Notes under the pieces: generated by a model
Seen by the model: the letters and a program-made list of their open reading frames with translations, nothing else
Told to the model about the DNA's origin: nothing
Databases searched by the model: none
Origin: Micrococcaceae bacterium RIT 802
GTDB lineage: Bacteria > Actinomycetota > Actinomycetes > Actinomycetales > Micrococcaceae
Assembly: GCA_016892645.1 (NCBI GenBank)
Contig: JAFEMX010000006.1
Location: forward strand, 19,600 to 43,599
Length of the DNA: 24,000 nucleotides
Direction of reading: 5' to 3'
Part shown: one piece after another, positions 1 to 8,641 of the stretch
Layout of the letters: the number at the start of each line of letters is the position of its first letter
How positions within the stretch are numbered: position 1 is the stretch's first letter
Position numbers and translations under genes: made by a program

Positions 1-258
1 GGATCCAGCGCACCCGGTCCGCACCGGGTTTGGCCCGGGCGACGTCCAGTGACGCGACGGCTGGGTCGACGCCGACGACGTCGATGCCGCGGGCGGCCAA
101 CACGATGGCCAGGGTGCCGGTGCCGCAGCCGACGTCGAGCACGCTGCGGGCATTGAGTTCCCCGGCGATGCCGACGTAGGCGTCCAGGTCGCTGCGGTCC
201 GGATCCAGGGCGTCGTAGATCGCGGCCAGCCGGGGGGATCCGAAGATCTCATCGGACA
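1..258 (-). CDS. Class I SAM-dependent methyltransferase, N-terminal part (3' end lies off the window)
   Basis: My minus-strand translation from the ATG at 258-256 gives MSDEIFGSPRLAAIYDALDPDRSDLDAYVGIAGELNARSVLDVGCGTGTLAIVLAARGIDVVGVDPAVASLDVARAKPGADRVRWI. The VLDVGCGTG stretch is methyltransferase motif I. The frame stays open to the window edge. Confidence 0.8.
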
Positions 259-301
259 TAGAGGTTCCCCGGTCGTGCCGAGTTTCGCGTTACCGGGCCG
301 G

Positions 302-670
302 TCAGCGCCACTTCACGCCGTCGTCGTGCAGTTCACGGATCCGGTAGGCGATCATCCGGCCCAGCAGGTCTGCGGGGATCGGCTGGTCGTAGGGAAGCCG
401 GACGGATCCCTTCCCCGTGCCGTACCCGTCCAGCTCGCCGAGATGTGCCTGCAGCGTGCTGGGGGTGAACACCAGGTTCGCGTGGTCGCGGTGCCCGCTG
501 AAGACCAAGAGGATGACGTCGAGGGAGTAGGCGGGGTTTCCCCATTTGAGCTCCTCCGTTGCCGCCGGGGCGTGCGAACGCACCAGCTCGCGGAGTTCGA
601 CCAGCCGTCGGCGGGCGTCGGTGGGGAACGAGTCGATGTACTGATCGACGGTTTCGGGTTTCGTCGCCAT
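302..670 (-). CDS. DUF1801 (YdhG-like) domain protein
   Basis: 122-aa ORF starting MATKPETVDQYIDSFPTDARRRLVELRELV and containing KWGNPAYS. This is the typical DUF1801 N-terminal signature, and the third-position GC looks like coding sequence. Confidence 0.75.
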   Translation of the reverse strand: MATKPETVDQYIDSFPTDARRRLVELRELVRSHAPAATEELKWGNPAYSLDVILLVFSGHRDHANLVFTPSTLQAHLGELDGYGTGKGSVRLPYDQPIPADLLGRMIAYRIRELHDDGVKWR

Positions 671-694
671 GCCGACAGTCTGGCACGGAGCCGG

Positions 695-1618
695 CTATCC
701 GGCGATGCGCAGGACCAGCTTGCCGCGGGCAGTTCCCTCCTGGGAAGCGGCAAAGGCCTCCGGGAGTTCGGACAGGTCCACGGTGCGGTCGATATCGACC
801 GTCAGCTTGCCGGAGGCGACCCGGGCCAGCAGCTCGGCGAGGCGGGGGCCGTCGGGACGGACCCACAGCCAGCGTCCGCCCTGCTCGATGACCGTGGGAT
901 CGGCGATGGAGACGTGGCGGCCACCGTCCTTCAGGACCGCGAGGGTCGTTTCCACGACCCCACCGGCGAAGTCGGCGACGGCGTCGAATCCCTGTGGCGC
1001 GATCTCCTGCAGGCGCTCCAGCAACCCGTCGCCGTAGGCCACCGGGGTCGCGCCGAGGGCCGCGAGCTTGTCGTGGTTCGCCGGTGAGGCGGTGCCGACG
1101 ACCTCGGCCCCGGCGGCCACCGCCAGCTGCACGGCGAGGGATCCGACTCCTCCGGAGGCCGCGTGGACCAGCAGCCGGTCCCCCGCACCGATCTGGAGCG
1201 CCTCGATGCTGCGCAGCGCGGTCAGGCCCGTCAGCGGCAAGGCTGCGGCGACCTCGTCGCCCACACCGTCGGGCACGGCGGCGACGTCGGGGGCGAAGAC
1301 GGTCACGTATTCGGCGAACGTGCCTCCGGAAACGACCTGTTTACGGGCGTAGGTGGCGACCCGGTCACCGATGCCGAACTCGGGGACGTCCGGGCCGACG
1401 GCGTCGACGACTCCCGCGGCATCCCATCCGGGGATCACCGGGAAGCTGGCGTCCATCAGCTGGTCGAGTCCACCGGACATGACCTTCCAGTCGACGGGGT
1501 TGATCGAGGCGTAGGTGACCCGGATCCGGACCTCCCCCGGCCCGACCTTGGGCTGGGGCCGCTCGGTCAGTTCCAGGACGTCGTTGTTGCCGTATTTGCT
1601 GTAGGTCATTGCACGCAT
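695..1618 (-). CDS. NADPH:quinone oxidoreductase / zinc-type alcohol dehydrogenase-like (MDR superfamily)
   Basis: The track ORF 695..1780 is trimmed to the internal start MRAMTYSKYG (ATG at 1618; an alternative ATG is at 1609). It has the GPGEVRIRV and INPVDWK stretches and the Rossmann-type HAASGGVGSLAVQLA motif. The upstream 54 codons are P/R-rich and look non-coding. Confidence 0.85.
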   Translation of the reverse strand: MRAMTYSKYGNNDVLELTERPQPKVGPGEVRIRVTYASINPVDWKVMSGGLDQLMDASFPVIPGWDAAGVVDAVGPDVPEFGIGDRVATYARKQVVSGGTFAEYVTVFAPDVAAVPDGVGDEVAAALPLTGLTALRSIEALQIGAGDRLLVHAASGGVGSLAVQLAVAAGAEVVGTASPANHDKLAALGATPVAYGDGLLERLQEIAPQGFDAVADFAGGVVETTLAVLKDGGRHVSIADPTVIEQGGRWLWVRPDGPRLAELLARVASGKLTVDIDRTVDLSELPEAFAASQEGTARGKLVLRIAG

Positions 1619-1646
1619 GTTGAGGCCAACCTCGTCCGCCGGTGGG

Positions 1647-2234
1647 TTATTCCGCGGGGGCCGGGCGGAAATGGCGTCGGCACCGGGCCTGGTATGCCTC
1701 GGACCCGCCGATGAATGCTGCGGAGGCAACGTGCGCGTTCGCAGCCCCTCCGGGTGCCGTGCGCTGGTGGAACGCGGCATCGGCGCCGCACACGGTGCAC
1801 ACGGCGGTCAGCTTCGTGACGTCCTCGGCGAGCGCCATCAGCTCGGGGATCGGCGCGAAGGGCCGGCCGTCCAGCATCACGCACAGTCCGGCGACCACGA
1901 CCGTGGTCCCCCCGGCGGCCAGCTCGTCGACGACCGGTACCAGGTCGGCGCCGAAGAACTGCGCCTCGTCGATCGCGAGCAGGTCCAACGGGCGTTGGCC
2001 GGCGATCCTGCGGATCGTGTCCACATCGCCGGCGGCGTGGGAGGGGACGCTCAGGCCCACATGCGAAGCCACGGCCCCGGCCCCGTGGCGTTCATCCAGT
2101 GCGTGGTTGACGACCTCCAGGTGCAGCCCGGCCAGCTGGGCGCGGCGGACGCGGCGCAGCAGCTCCTCCGACTTGCCCGCGAACATCGGCCCGGTGACGA
2201 CCTGGAGCCTGCCCTGCCGCGGTCCCATCGTCAT
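1647..2234 (-). CDS. tdk: Thymidine kinase
   Basis: 195 aa with the P-loop GPMFAGKSEELLRR, a D-E-A-Q-F stretch (IDEAQFF), and the C-terminal Zn-ribbon cysteines CTVCG...RCRRH. Confidence 0.92.
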   Translation of the reverse strand: MTMGPRQGRLQVVTGPMFAGKSEELLRRVRRAQLAGLHLEVVNHALDERHGAGAVASHVGLSVPSHAAGDVDTIRRIAGQRPLDLLAIDEAQFFGADLVPVVDELAAGGTTVVVAGLCVMLDGRPFAPIPELMALAEDVTKLTAVCTVCGADAAFHQRTAPGGAANAHVASAAFIGGSEAYQARCRRHFRPAPAE

Positions 2235-3097
2235 TCCCTCCCGCCGGACGGGTCCGCCGGGCCGGGTGCGGCCCGCCAGCCGTCGAGGACCCTGAGCAGC
2301 CGCGCCGGCTCGTCCCCGACCAGCCGGACCCCGAGGTCCCTGACGGCGTCCACGGCTTCACGGGCGGTGATCTCCTCATGGACGGTGGCGCGCCCGGGGG
2401 CACGCACCGTCCGCGTGCCCTCCGTGATGGTGACATGCCCGGAGTCGGTGTAGCGGGCGGCCACCAGGGACCGGGTGAAGCGTCCGGACCCGGCGTTGGT
2501 GGAGGTCATCACGTGGCCGGTGCGCACATCGACCGGCTGGACCGTCAACTCGTCGGTGATGTGCTGGAGCTCCCCGTCGCGATTCAGCGTCCACCGGCCC
2601 GTGCCGTCCACGTCGGAATGTTCCAGGGTGAAAAGGCGCCCGCCCTCATCGCGCCGTGCCCCGTGCGCCATCGGGATCGGGCCGCGGACGCTGAAACCGA
2701 AACCGGGGTCCGTGAGGAACCAGGAGCCCCCGACCGACACGGCGACGGTCATGTGGGTGCGGGTGTTGTGGGGCGAATGCACCCGTCCGAGGTGGCGGAG
2801 GACCCGGAAACCCAGGTCCTGGAGCGCCGCGGCGAAAAGCTGGGCGTGCTCAAAGCAGTAGCCGCCGCGCCCCCGCCCGACGAGCTGGCGCTGCACCGTT
2901 GCCGGGGCGACCCCGGGATGGTTGCCGAACAGCACGTCCACATTGGCGAAGGGAATCGCCCGCACGTGCGCCTGATGCAGCTCCTCCAGCAATTCCAGTC
3001 CGGGGTGCCCCCTGCCGACGCCGATCAGCGCCAGGTAGGCATCGACGTCGAACTCCTCCTGGTGCCAGGAAGCCCCGGTGAGCGCCTCGTCCTGCAT
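2231..3097 (-). CDS. nat: Arylamine N-acetyltransferase (NAT family)
   Basis: The track ORF 2231..3478 is trimmed to MQDEALTG (ATG at 3097), which is preceded by GGAGG (plus-strand cctcc at about 3105-3109). The catalytic-Cys motif RGRGGYCFEHA is present. The stop overlaps the tdk start in ATGA (2231-2234). Confidence 0.88.
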   Translation of the reverse strand: MQDEALTGASWHQEEFDVDAYLALIGVGRGHPGLELLEELHQAHVRAIPFANVDVLFGNHPGVAPATVQRQLVGRGRGGYCFEHAQLFAAALQDLGFRVLRHLGRVHSPHNTRTHMTVAVSVGGSWFLTDPGFGFSVRGPIPMAHGARRDEGGRLFTLEHSDVDGTGRWTLNRDGELQHITDELTVQPVDVRTGHVMTSTNAGSGRFTRSLVAARYTDSGHVTITEGTRTVRAPGRATVHEEITAREAVDAVRDLGVRLVGDEPARLLRVLDGWRAAPGPADPSGGRE

Positions 3098-3207
3098 GCA
3101 GTGTCCTCCGGTTCGGTCGGTGTTGGGAGCAACCCTATCCCCGCACCGGGCCGGCCGGTGCGACGCCATCCGTCGCGGCGGGCCGCCGGGCACCGTAGGG
3201 TGAAGCC

Positions 3208-3972
3208 ATGCACGTTCTCGACCGCGGATCAGACGTCCCCGACCCGCTCGCCCCGTACCTGCACGTCGACCGGTCCCGGCCGCTGCACGACTGCTGGGTG
3301 ACCGGCCACATGGTCGCCGGCCTCGACGGGACGGCAGCGGTGGACGGGAAGGTGGGCCCCTTGTCCACCGGCCCGGACCAGGCCCTGTTCCGCAGCATGC
3401 GCGAGATCGCCGACATCGTCCTGCTCGGCGCCGAAACGGTACGCCGCGAAAAATACGGGGCCGTCCGCCTCGGCGCACCGGCGCAGGCCCGGCGGCGCGC
3501 CCTCGGCCAGCCGGCAGTGCCCCCGGTCGCCGTCGTCAGCCGGAGCCTGGACTTCGACTGGTCAGCACGGGTGTTCGCCGACGCCCCGCCCGATGCCCGC
3601 ACCCACATCATCACCTGCGCGGCCGCGGACCCGGCGCGCCGAGCCGCGGCGGAGCAGGTCGCCACCGTCGTCGTCGCCGGCGAGGAGCGCGTCGACCCGG
3701 CCGCGGCCGTGCGGGCCCTGGCGGAGCTCGGCCACCGGGTGGTGCTCTGCGAGGGCGGCCCCACCTGGCTCGGCGAGCTCGTCGCGGCGGACCGGCTCGA
3801 TGAGTTGTGCCTGTCGATCTCCCCGCTGATGGGCGGTGACCCGCTGCCGGTCGCGGTCACGCCGCCGGGTGCCGGGACCGCCAGGTTCGGGCTGAAGGGC
3901 GTCATGGCGGAAGACGACACCCTCTTTCTCCGCTACGAGCGGGCCCGACAGGAAGGACACGGCGATGAGTGA
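3208..3972 (+). CDS. RibD C-terminal domain / pyrimidine reductase (dihydrofolate reductase-like) family protein
   Basis: 254 aa containing GHMVAGLDGTAAVDGKVGPLSTGPDQALFRSMREIADIVLLGAETVRRE and CEGGPTWLGELVAADRLDELCLSISP, the typical bacterial bifunctional deaminase-reductase C-terminal domain pattern. Confidence 0.8.
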   Translation: MHVLDRGSDVPDPLAPYLHVDRSRPLHDCWVTGHMVAGLDGTAAVDGKVGPLSTGPDQALFRSMREIADIVLLGAETVRREKYGAVRLGAPAQARRRALGQPAVPPVAVVSRSLDFDWSARVFADAPPDARTHIITCAAADPARRAAAEQVATVVVAGEERVDPAAAVRALAELGHRVVLCEGGPTWLGELVAADRLDELCLSISPLMGGDPLPVAVTPPGAGTARFGLKGVMAEDDTLFLRYERARQEGHGDE

Positions 3973-4474
3973 CAACGCCTTCGGCCGTTCGCTGGCCTCG
4001 CTCGATGCCGCGCTGATCGTGGTCACGACCGTCGCGGAGGGCGAACGGGCCGGTTGCGTGGTCGGATTCCACACGCGGTCGAGCATCGTGCCGCAGCACT
4101 TCAGCCTGTGGTTGTCCAAGGCCAACCACACCTACCGGACCGCCCTGCGGGCCACCCACTTCGCCGCCCATTTCCTCACGGCGGACGACCTCGCGCTGGC
4201 CGAGGCGTTCGGCACCCGTTCCGGTGACGACACCGACAAGTTCGCGGGCATCGACGTCGACATCGACGACCACGGCCTGCCGTTGCTCCGGGCCTGCCCC
4301 AACCGGACGGTGCTGGAGCGGATCACCCTGCTCGACGACGGCGGGGACCACGTGTGCCTCACCACCCGGGTCCTCGCGGCCCAGGCCGACGGGCCCTTCG
4401 TCCCCCTGCGCATGTCCGACGCCCTACACCTGGACCCCGGCCATGGGAGCGAGGAGCGGGCCATCCAGCCCTGA
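3965..4474 (+). CDS. Flavin reductase-like (FMN-binding split-barrel) protein
   Basis: 169 aa containing LIVVTTVAEGERAGCVVGFHTRSSIVPQHFSLWLSK and TRSGDDTDKF. The start overlaps the preceding gene by 8 nt, which suggests an operon. Confidence 0.75.
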   Translation: MSDNAFGRSLASLDAALIVVTTVAEGERAGCVVGFHTRSSIVPQHFSLWLSKANHTYRTALRATHFAAHFLTADDLALAEAFGTRSGDDTDKFAGIDVDIDDHGLPLLRACPNRTVLERITLLDDGGDHVCLTTRVLAAQADGPFVPLRMSDALHLDPGHGSEERAIQP

Positions 4475-4497
4475 CGCCGGCGGCGTCCCCCTCCGAT

Positions 4498-4863
4498 TCA
4501 GTGCTGATGGAGGTAGGTGCGCATTTCAGCGATCCTGGCACTCTTGGCGGCACCGGTGAACCGGAGCATGTGGGCGAAATCGACGCGGCCCGCCGAACTG
4601 GTCAGGAACCCGTCACAGGCGGCGAGCCGGCCGTGGGTGACCGTGGACAGGATCTCGATCCGGTCCGCGGTGATGGGTGCCCAGGGAATGCGCCCACCGG
4701 CCGCGGCGTCGTCCTCCGCCCCGCCGATGAGCTTCCACGTGGCATCGTCGGCCAGCCAGGGTGCCATGGCCTCTTCGTGACCGCAGGCCCAGTTGACGAC
4801 GAATTCGCCGACCAGGAGCAGGCGCGGTGAGTTGCCGCAGTCGGTGGGGAGGATGATCTCCAC
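4498..4863 (-). CDS. NTF2-like / SnoaL-like small protein
   Basis: The track ORF 4498..5079 is trimmed to a GTG at 4863, preceded by AAGGAG (sense tcacgaAAAGGAGaaccGTG). The product starts VEIILPTDCGNSPRLLLVGEFVVNWACG, contains ILSTVTHGRLAACDG, and is about 121 aa. Confidence 0.6.
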   Translation of the reverse strand: MEIILPTDCGNSPRLLLVGEFVVNWACGHEEAMAPWLADDATWKLIGGAEDDAAAGGRIPWAPITADRIEILSTVTHGRLAACDGFLTSSAGRVDFAHMLRFTGAAKSARIAEMRTYLHQH

Positions 4864-4895
4864 GGTTCTCCTTTTCGTGACGGGTGCCGGCCTGG

Positions 4896-5210
4896 TCACC
4901 GACCGCCGGAATTCACGCGCAGGACGGCCTCGCTGCCGGTCATCCACGCGGCGAAGGTGGCGCTTCCAAGCTCGAAGGCCACGAGGCGGGAGTCCCACCG
5001 GCCCGTTCCCCGGGCCGTGCGTCGGATCAATGCCAGGCCGCCGGCCAGGTTCGCGGCTCCCCACCCGGCATTGACCCACTGCGATGAATTCCGGCCCGCG
5101 ACGGGTGTGAGATGGCGGCGGCCCGTGATGGCCGTCGCGAGATGCGGCAGGCTATTGGCACACAGCATCCCGGCGATGAACATCTTTGATTCGGCCTTCG
5201 TGGGTCCCAT
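4896..5210 (-). CDS. Small hydrophobic (probably membrane) protein, unknown function
   Basis: ORF 4896..5240. Likely starts are MGPTKAESK (5210) or MFIAGML (5183). Two hydrophobic stretches are present (FIAGMLCANSLPHLA and WGAANLAGGLALI). I recognise no family. Confidence 0.45.
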   Translation of the reverse strand: MGPTKAESKMFIAGMLCANSLPHLATAITGRRHLTPVAGRNSSQWVNAGWGAANLAGGLALIRRTARGTGRWDSRLVAFELGSATFAAWMTGSEAVLRVNSGGR

Positions 5211-5372
5211 CCCCCACACGCTAGGCGGATTCCGCCGCACTGTGAAGGGGAACCCGACACGTTCCCCGGGACGACCATGAAGCCGTCCAGGGCGGCCGCT
5301 GGGGCACTTGGCGACGGTCCACCGCCGGGAGGCGGCAGGGTGCGCAGTCCGAAGTGCTCTAGCGTTGCAACC

Positions 5373-5948
5373 ATGATTCGTCGTCTAGCAGCCCGTGCCT
5401 TTTGGGCGCTGAGCCCCTGGAAACTGGATTCCCAGTCCGCGCCATCCCGCCCCACCCTGCTCATTGGGGCACCACACACCTCCAATTGGGACTTCGTCCT
5501 CATGTTGGGCATCGCCTGGCGGTTGGGCATCCGGGTGCACTGGCTGGGCAAGGAGAGCCTGTTCGGCGGATGGTGCGGTCCGATCATGCGCGCGATCGGC
5601 GGAATTCCGGTGAACCGTGCCGATCCCCGCCGCGTCGTCACCGAAGTGGTCGAGCGGGTGCATTCGGGCGAGGTCTTCGGGCTGGTCGTCACCCCCGACG
5701 GCACCCGGGGAGCCCACACGCATTGGAAATCCGGTTTCTACCGCATCGCCCGGGAGACCGGACTGCCGGTGACGCTGGGCTATGTGGATCGCACGACGAT
5801 GACGACTGGGCTGGGCCCGACCATGGATCTCACCGGCGATGTCGCACAGGACATGGACCGCATCCGCTCGTTCTATGCAGACAAGGCCGGTTTCCACCCC
5901 GGCAACCGAGTTCAGCCCCGGTTGCGCGAGGAGGAAGAGGCCAACTAA
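5373..5948 (+). CDS. 1-acyl-sn-glycerol-3-phosphate acyltransferase family (PlsC-like)
   Basis: The track ORF 5277..5948 is trimmed to MIRRLAARAF (ATG at 5373). It has the acyltransferase H(X4)D box (APHTSNWD) and the downstream VTPDGTRG (block III-like) stretch. Confidence 0.8.
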   Translation: MIRRLAARAFWALSPWKLDSQSAPSRPTLLIGAPHTSNWDFVLMLGIAWRLGIRVHWLGKESLFGGWCGPIMRAIGGIPVNRADPRRVVTEVVERVHSGEVFGLVVTPDGTRGAHTHWKSGFYRIARETGLPVTLGYVDRTTMTTGLGPTMDLTGDVAQDMDRIRSFYADKAGFHPGNRVQPRLREEEEAN

Positions 5949-5973
5949 GCGGTCATCCCGCTGCCGGTACGAG

Positions 5974-6567
5974 TTAGCCGTAGGCCAGGTACTTCCCGGG
6001 TTTGCCGGGTTCGACCAGTTCGAACTGCAGGACCAGGTCGGTGCCCTCGATGAGACCGACTTGCTGGGTGAACTGCTCATGGGTCACGAAGGCAGTTCGC
6101 GACAGCTTCCACTCCTCGGCGAACCACGTCCGCAGCTTCTCCAGCAGGCGCGCGTCGACCCCGGAATCCATCTGCAACTGGCGGGTCCAGAAATACACGA
6201 CGGCGTCCATGTCCGCCCACGTCTGCCCGCCGACCGACTCCACCGTGGACTTGGCCAGGAACGTGGCGGTCGGGGGAAAGATGTAGACGCACCCCAGGCA
6301 GGTGGTTCCGTCGGGGTCCAGCACGGTGTAGGTGAAGGCGCGACGTTGGGCATGGCGCTCTTCCAGGTCGAGGAGGTCCGCTCGGTTCGCCTCCACGGTG
6401 AAGTCGTCTGCCGGCCACGACGACTGCTCCCAGAGCCGCAGATACCCGCGTGACTCCATGACTGCAGCGTGGTCCGACGCCGCGTCGTCGGCCACGATCG
6501 GACGCAGGGCGAACTCCGGGGTGTTCAGCCTCTCCGGGATGTTCCGGTGTGGATCGGTGATGCCCAT
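5974..6567 (-). CDS. GNAT family N-acetyltransferase
   Basis: The track ORF 5974..7548 is trimmed to MGITDPHRNIPERL (ATG at 6567), preceded by GGGAGG. The product is 197 aa. The 327 upstream codons run antisense through the neighbouring gene and are not credible. Confidence 0.75.
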   Translation of the reverse strand: MGITDPHRNIPERLNTPEFALRPIVADDAASDHAAVMESRGYLRLWEQSSWPADDFTVEANRADLLDLEERHAQRRAFTYTVLDPDGTTCLGCVYIFPPTATFLAKSTVESVGGQTWADMDAVVYFWTRQLQMDSGVDARLLEKLRTWFAEEWKLSRTAFVTHEQFTQQVGLIEGTDLVLQFELVEPGKPGKYLAYG

Positions 6568-6948
6568 GGCTGCCTCCCGTTGGCCCTCTGCCTGACAAGC
6601 ACCGAGCCTACTGCGCCCGCCGGCACTATGGCGGACAGCCATCGCCTCGGCCAACGCACCGACGTCGGACAAACATACAGACCTGATCCCGACATGGCTG
6701 TCGGTGGAGACAGCTCCCGACCGCGGCCTATCCGGCTCGTAGTCGACAAAGACGTTCATGGCCCTCCCCCTGCCCGGACACCCATCTTGCGAAGTCGCCG
6801 GCCCCGACAAGGCTCCCCAATCGTTGTTCCCGTCGTCGTCGCCTCCCGGGCTCGACAGACTCCCCGGCATCGTTGCACGCATCGCGCGTCGCGTTGGATC
6901 GGACGGGACTCCCCCAAACTGACGCCGTCGTCCCCATGAAGTGCTTGA

Positions 6949-7536
6949 ATGGCAGGCATGGAGGCGAAGGGATGCTCGATTCAGCCATTGTCTGTGCACA
7001 CGTGGGACGCGTTCGCCGCCATGGTGGAGCGGCACAACGGCATCTTCGGCGGATGCTAGTGCACTTACTTCCACGACTGTGCCAATCGCGGTCCGGGGTA
7101 TGAAGGCAGCCGCGCGTTCAAGAAGGAACTGGTCGAGGCCGGGCGGGCCCATGCGGCGTTGGTGGTGGTTGGGGACGAAGCCATCGCGTGGGCGGAGTAC
7201 GGCACCCCCGATGAACTGCCGAACATCCATCACCGCAAGCAGTATCTCGCCGAGGCCGGCACCCTGCCCAACTACCGCATCACCTGTATCTTCGTCGACA
7301 AACGCTACCGTCGACAGGGGTTTGCCAAGGTGGCCCTGGACGCGGCTATCGATCACATTGCGGCCCAGGGCGGCGGGGTGGTCGAGGGATACCCGCATGA
7401 GGTGGGCGAGAAGAAGATGAACAACTCGTTCGTCTACAACGGGACACGCACGATGTACGAGGAAGCCGGATTCGAGTTCGTCCGTTCCAAGGGGCTGAAG
7501 AACACCGTCATGCGGCGCACGATCCGACCTGCCTGA
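6949..7536 (+). pseudogene. GNAT family N-acetyltransferase interrupted by an in-frame TAG at 7057-7059
   Basis: My frame-1 translation from the ATG at 6949 or 6958 gives M(AGM)EAKGCSIQPLSVHTWDAFAAMVERHNGIFGGC*CTYFHDCANRGPGYEGSRAFKKELVEAGRAHAALVVVGDEAIAW. This runs straight into track ORF 7159..7536, which contains the acetyl-CoA motif RRQGFAKVALDAAI. The stop sits where this family has GGCWC, so the change is TGG to TAG. Confidence 0.8.
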
Positions 7537-7577
7537 GCCTACCGACACGTATCACCCCACCAACTCGGCGAAATCGG

Positions 7578-7628
7578 ACACCACCGTCTGGAAGCGGAAC
7601 TCCACCGTGTTGCGGCGCCAAACAGCCT
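7578..7628 (-). repeat. ychF-3'-end-like repeat, copy D (most distal; stop codon lost)
   Basis: The 16 nt at 7591-7606 (gaagcggaactccacc) are identical to 17764-17779 inside the ychF terminus. The adjoining arm (sense GAGGCTGTTTGGCGCCGCAAC) matches about 24 of 33 nt of copy B in my hand alignment. The sense reading is WRRNTVEFRFQTVVS. Confidence 0.6.
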
Positions 7629-7767
7629 CACGATCTTGTGGGCGCAGCGGCAACCACGCATCGATCCAGGTCCAGGCGGCCGCGTCACCTTTCGCGGTAG
7701 CAGTGAGCACCCTGGCCTCAGCGGGAGCAGACATAGTCTAGGAACCCGTAGCAAAAGGAGAGATCCC

Positions 7768-8607
7768 ATGCCCGCTGTACTCGCTGCCGGACGGCGGCAC
7801 TCCGTAGCCTGCCGCGCAGACGGGACTGCCATCGCCGCCGGCGACGGCCGGGCAGGCGAGTGCGACGTAGTTGATTGGTCAGGTCTCATCGCCGTAGCCG
7901 CCGGAAACGTGCACTCCGCACCCAATACCGGTCGCTCACATACCGTCGGTCTGAGGGTCGACGGAACCGTCGTCGCCACCGGGTGGGACAGCGATGGGCA
8001 GGGCAACGTCTCCCGTTGGAGCGAGATCGTTGCCGTCGCAGCAGGGTGGAGAACAACTCTCGGTCTCCTAGCCGACGGAACCACGGTGTCCACCGGCCGC
8101 ACTGCGGAGGGCCAATGCGAAGTTCGAGCGTGGACAGGGGTCGTCTCGATCGCTGGCGGAGATTGGCACTCAGTCGCCGTCCGGAGCGACGGCACGGCCC
8201 TCGCGGCAGGCAACAACCAGCGCGGGCAATGCAGCATCGGCGGGTGGCGGAACCTGGTCGGCATCTCCGCCGGCTACCTGCACACTGCGGGTCTCCGGGG
8301 CGACGGCACGGTCGCTGCCACCGGCGATAACAGCTGGGGCCAATGCGACGTCGACCAGTGGAGTTGCGTCACGGAAATCGCGGCTGGCAGCGTACACACC
8401 GTTGCCCTTGGCGAAGATGGCCGGGTCCACGCTGTCGGCGACAATCGCTTCCGGCAGTGCGAGGTACAGGCGTGGACCGGTGTCACCGCCATCGCTGCCG
8501 GGTCGGCCCATACCCTCGGGCTCTTGGCGGACGGAACCGTGGTGTCTGCGGGAAGCAACGACAACCAGCAGTGCGACGTGGGCACCTGGCAGCTGCACCG
8601 ACGCTGA
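7768..8607 (+). CDS. RCC1-like repeat (beta-propeller) protein, seven ~38-aa blades
   Basis: The ATG at 7768 is preceded by AAAAGGAGAG. There are seven tandem units of the pattern (V/I)xAGxxH(T/S)xxLxxDGTVxxxGxNxxGQCxVxxW. No signal peptide and no additional domain are visible. Confidence 0.85.
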   Translation: MPAVLAAGRRHSVACRADGTAIAAGDGRAGECDVVDWSGLIAVAAGNVHSAPNTGRSHTVGLRVDGTVVATGWDSDGQGNVSRWSEIVAVAAGWRTTLGLLADGTTVSTGRTAEGQCEVRAWTGVVSIAGGDWHSVAVRSDGTALAAGNNQRGQCSIGGWRNLVGISAGYLHTAGLRGDGTVAATGDNSWGQCDVDQWSCVTEIAAGSVHTVALGEDGRVHAVGDNRFRQCEVQAWTGVTAIAAGSAHTLGLLADGTVVSAGSNDNQQCDVGTWQLHRR

Positions 8608-8641
8608 GGCAAACACCCTGACCGGCACAGACACCCCGAAC

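Noticed and set aside
4473-4487. The hairpin GACGCC-GGC-GGCGTC between the convergent flavin reductase and NTF2-like genes, as an intrinsic terminator
   Set aside because: It has only a 6-bp stem with a 3-nt loop and no U-tract on either strand. It may still pause or terminate transcription, but it cannot be supported as a terminator from sequence alone.
7057-7059. The in-frame TAGs here and at 13959-13961 as programmed recoding (pyrrolysine or suppression)
   Set aside because: No pyl genes or PYLIS-like context are visible, TAG is used as a normal stop by neighbouring genes (ychF, rmuC, ispH), and simple point mutation or sequencing error is far more parsimonious.
7552-7734. A 60-aa minus-strand ORF (MSAPAEARVLTATAKGDAAAWTWIDAWL…NTVEFRFQTVVSDFAELVG) as a real gene
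   Set aside because: Its C-terminal third is simply repeat copy D read in the ychF-like frame, and I saw no RBS or family signal. I treat it as an att-like remnant rather than a CDS, though expression cannot be excluded.
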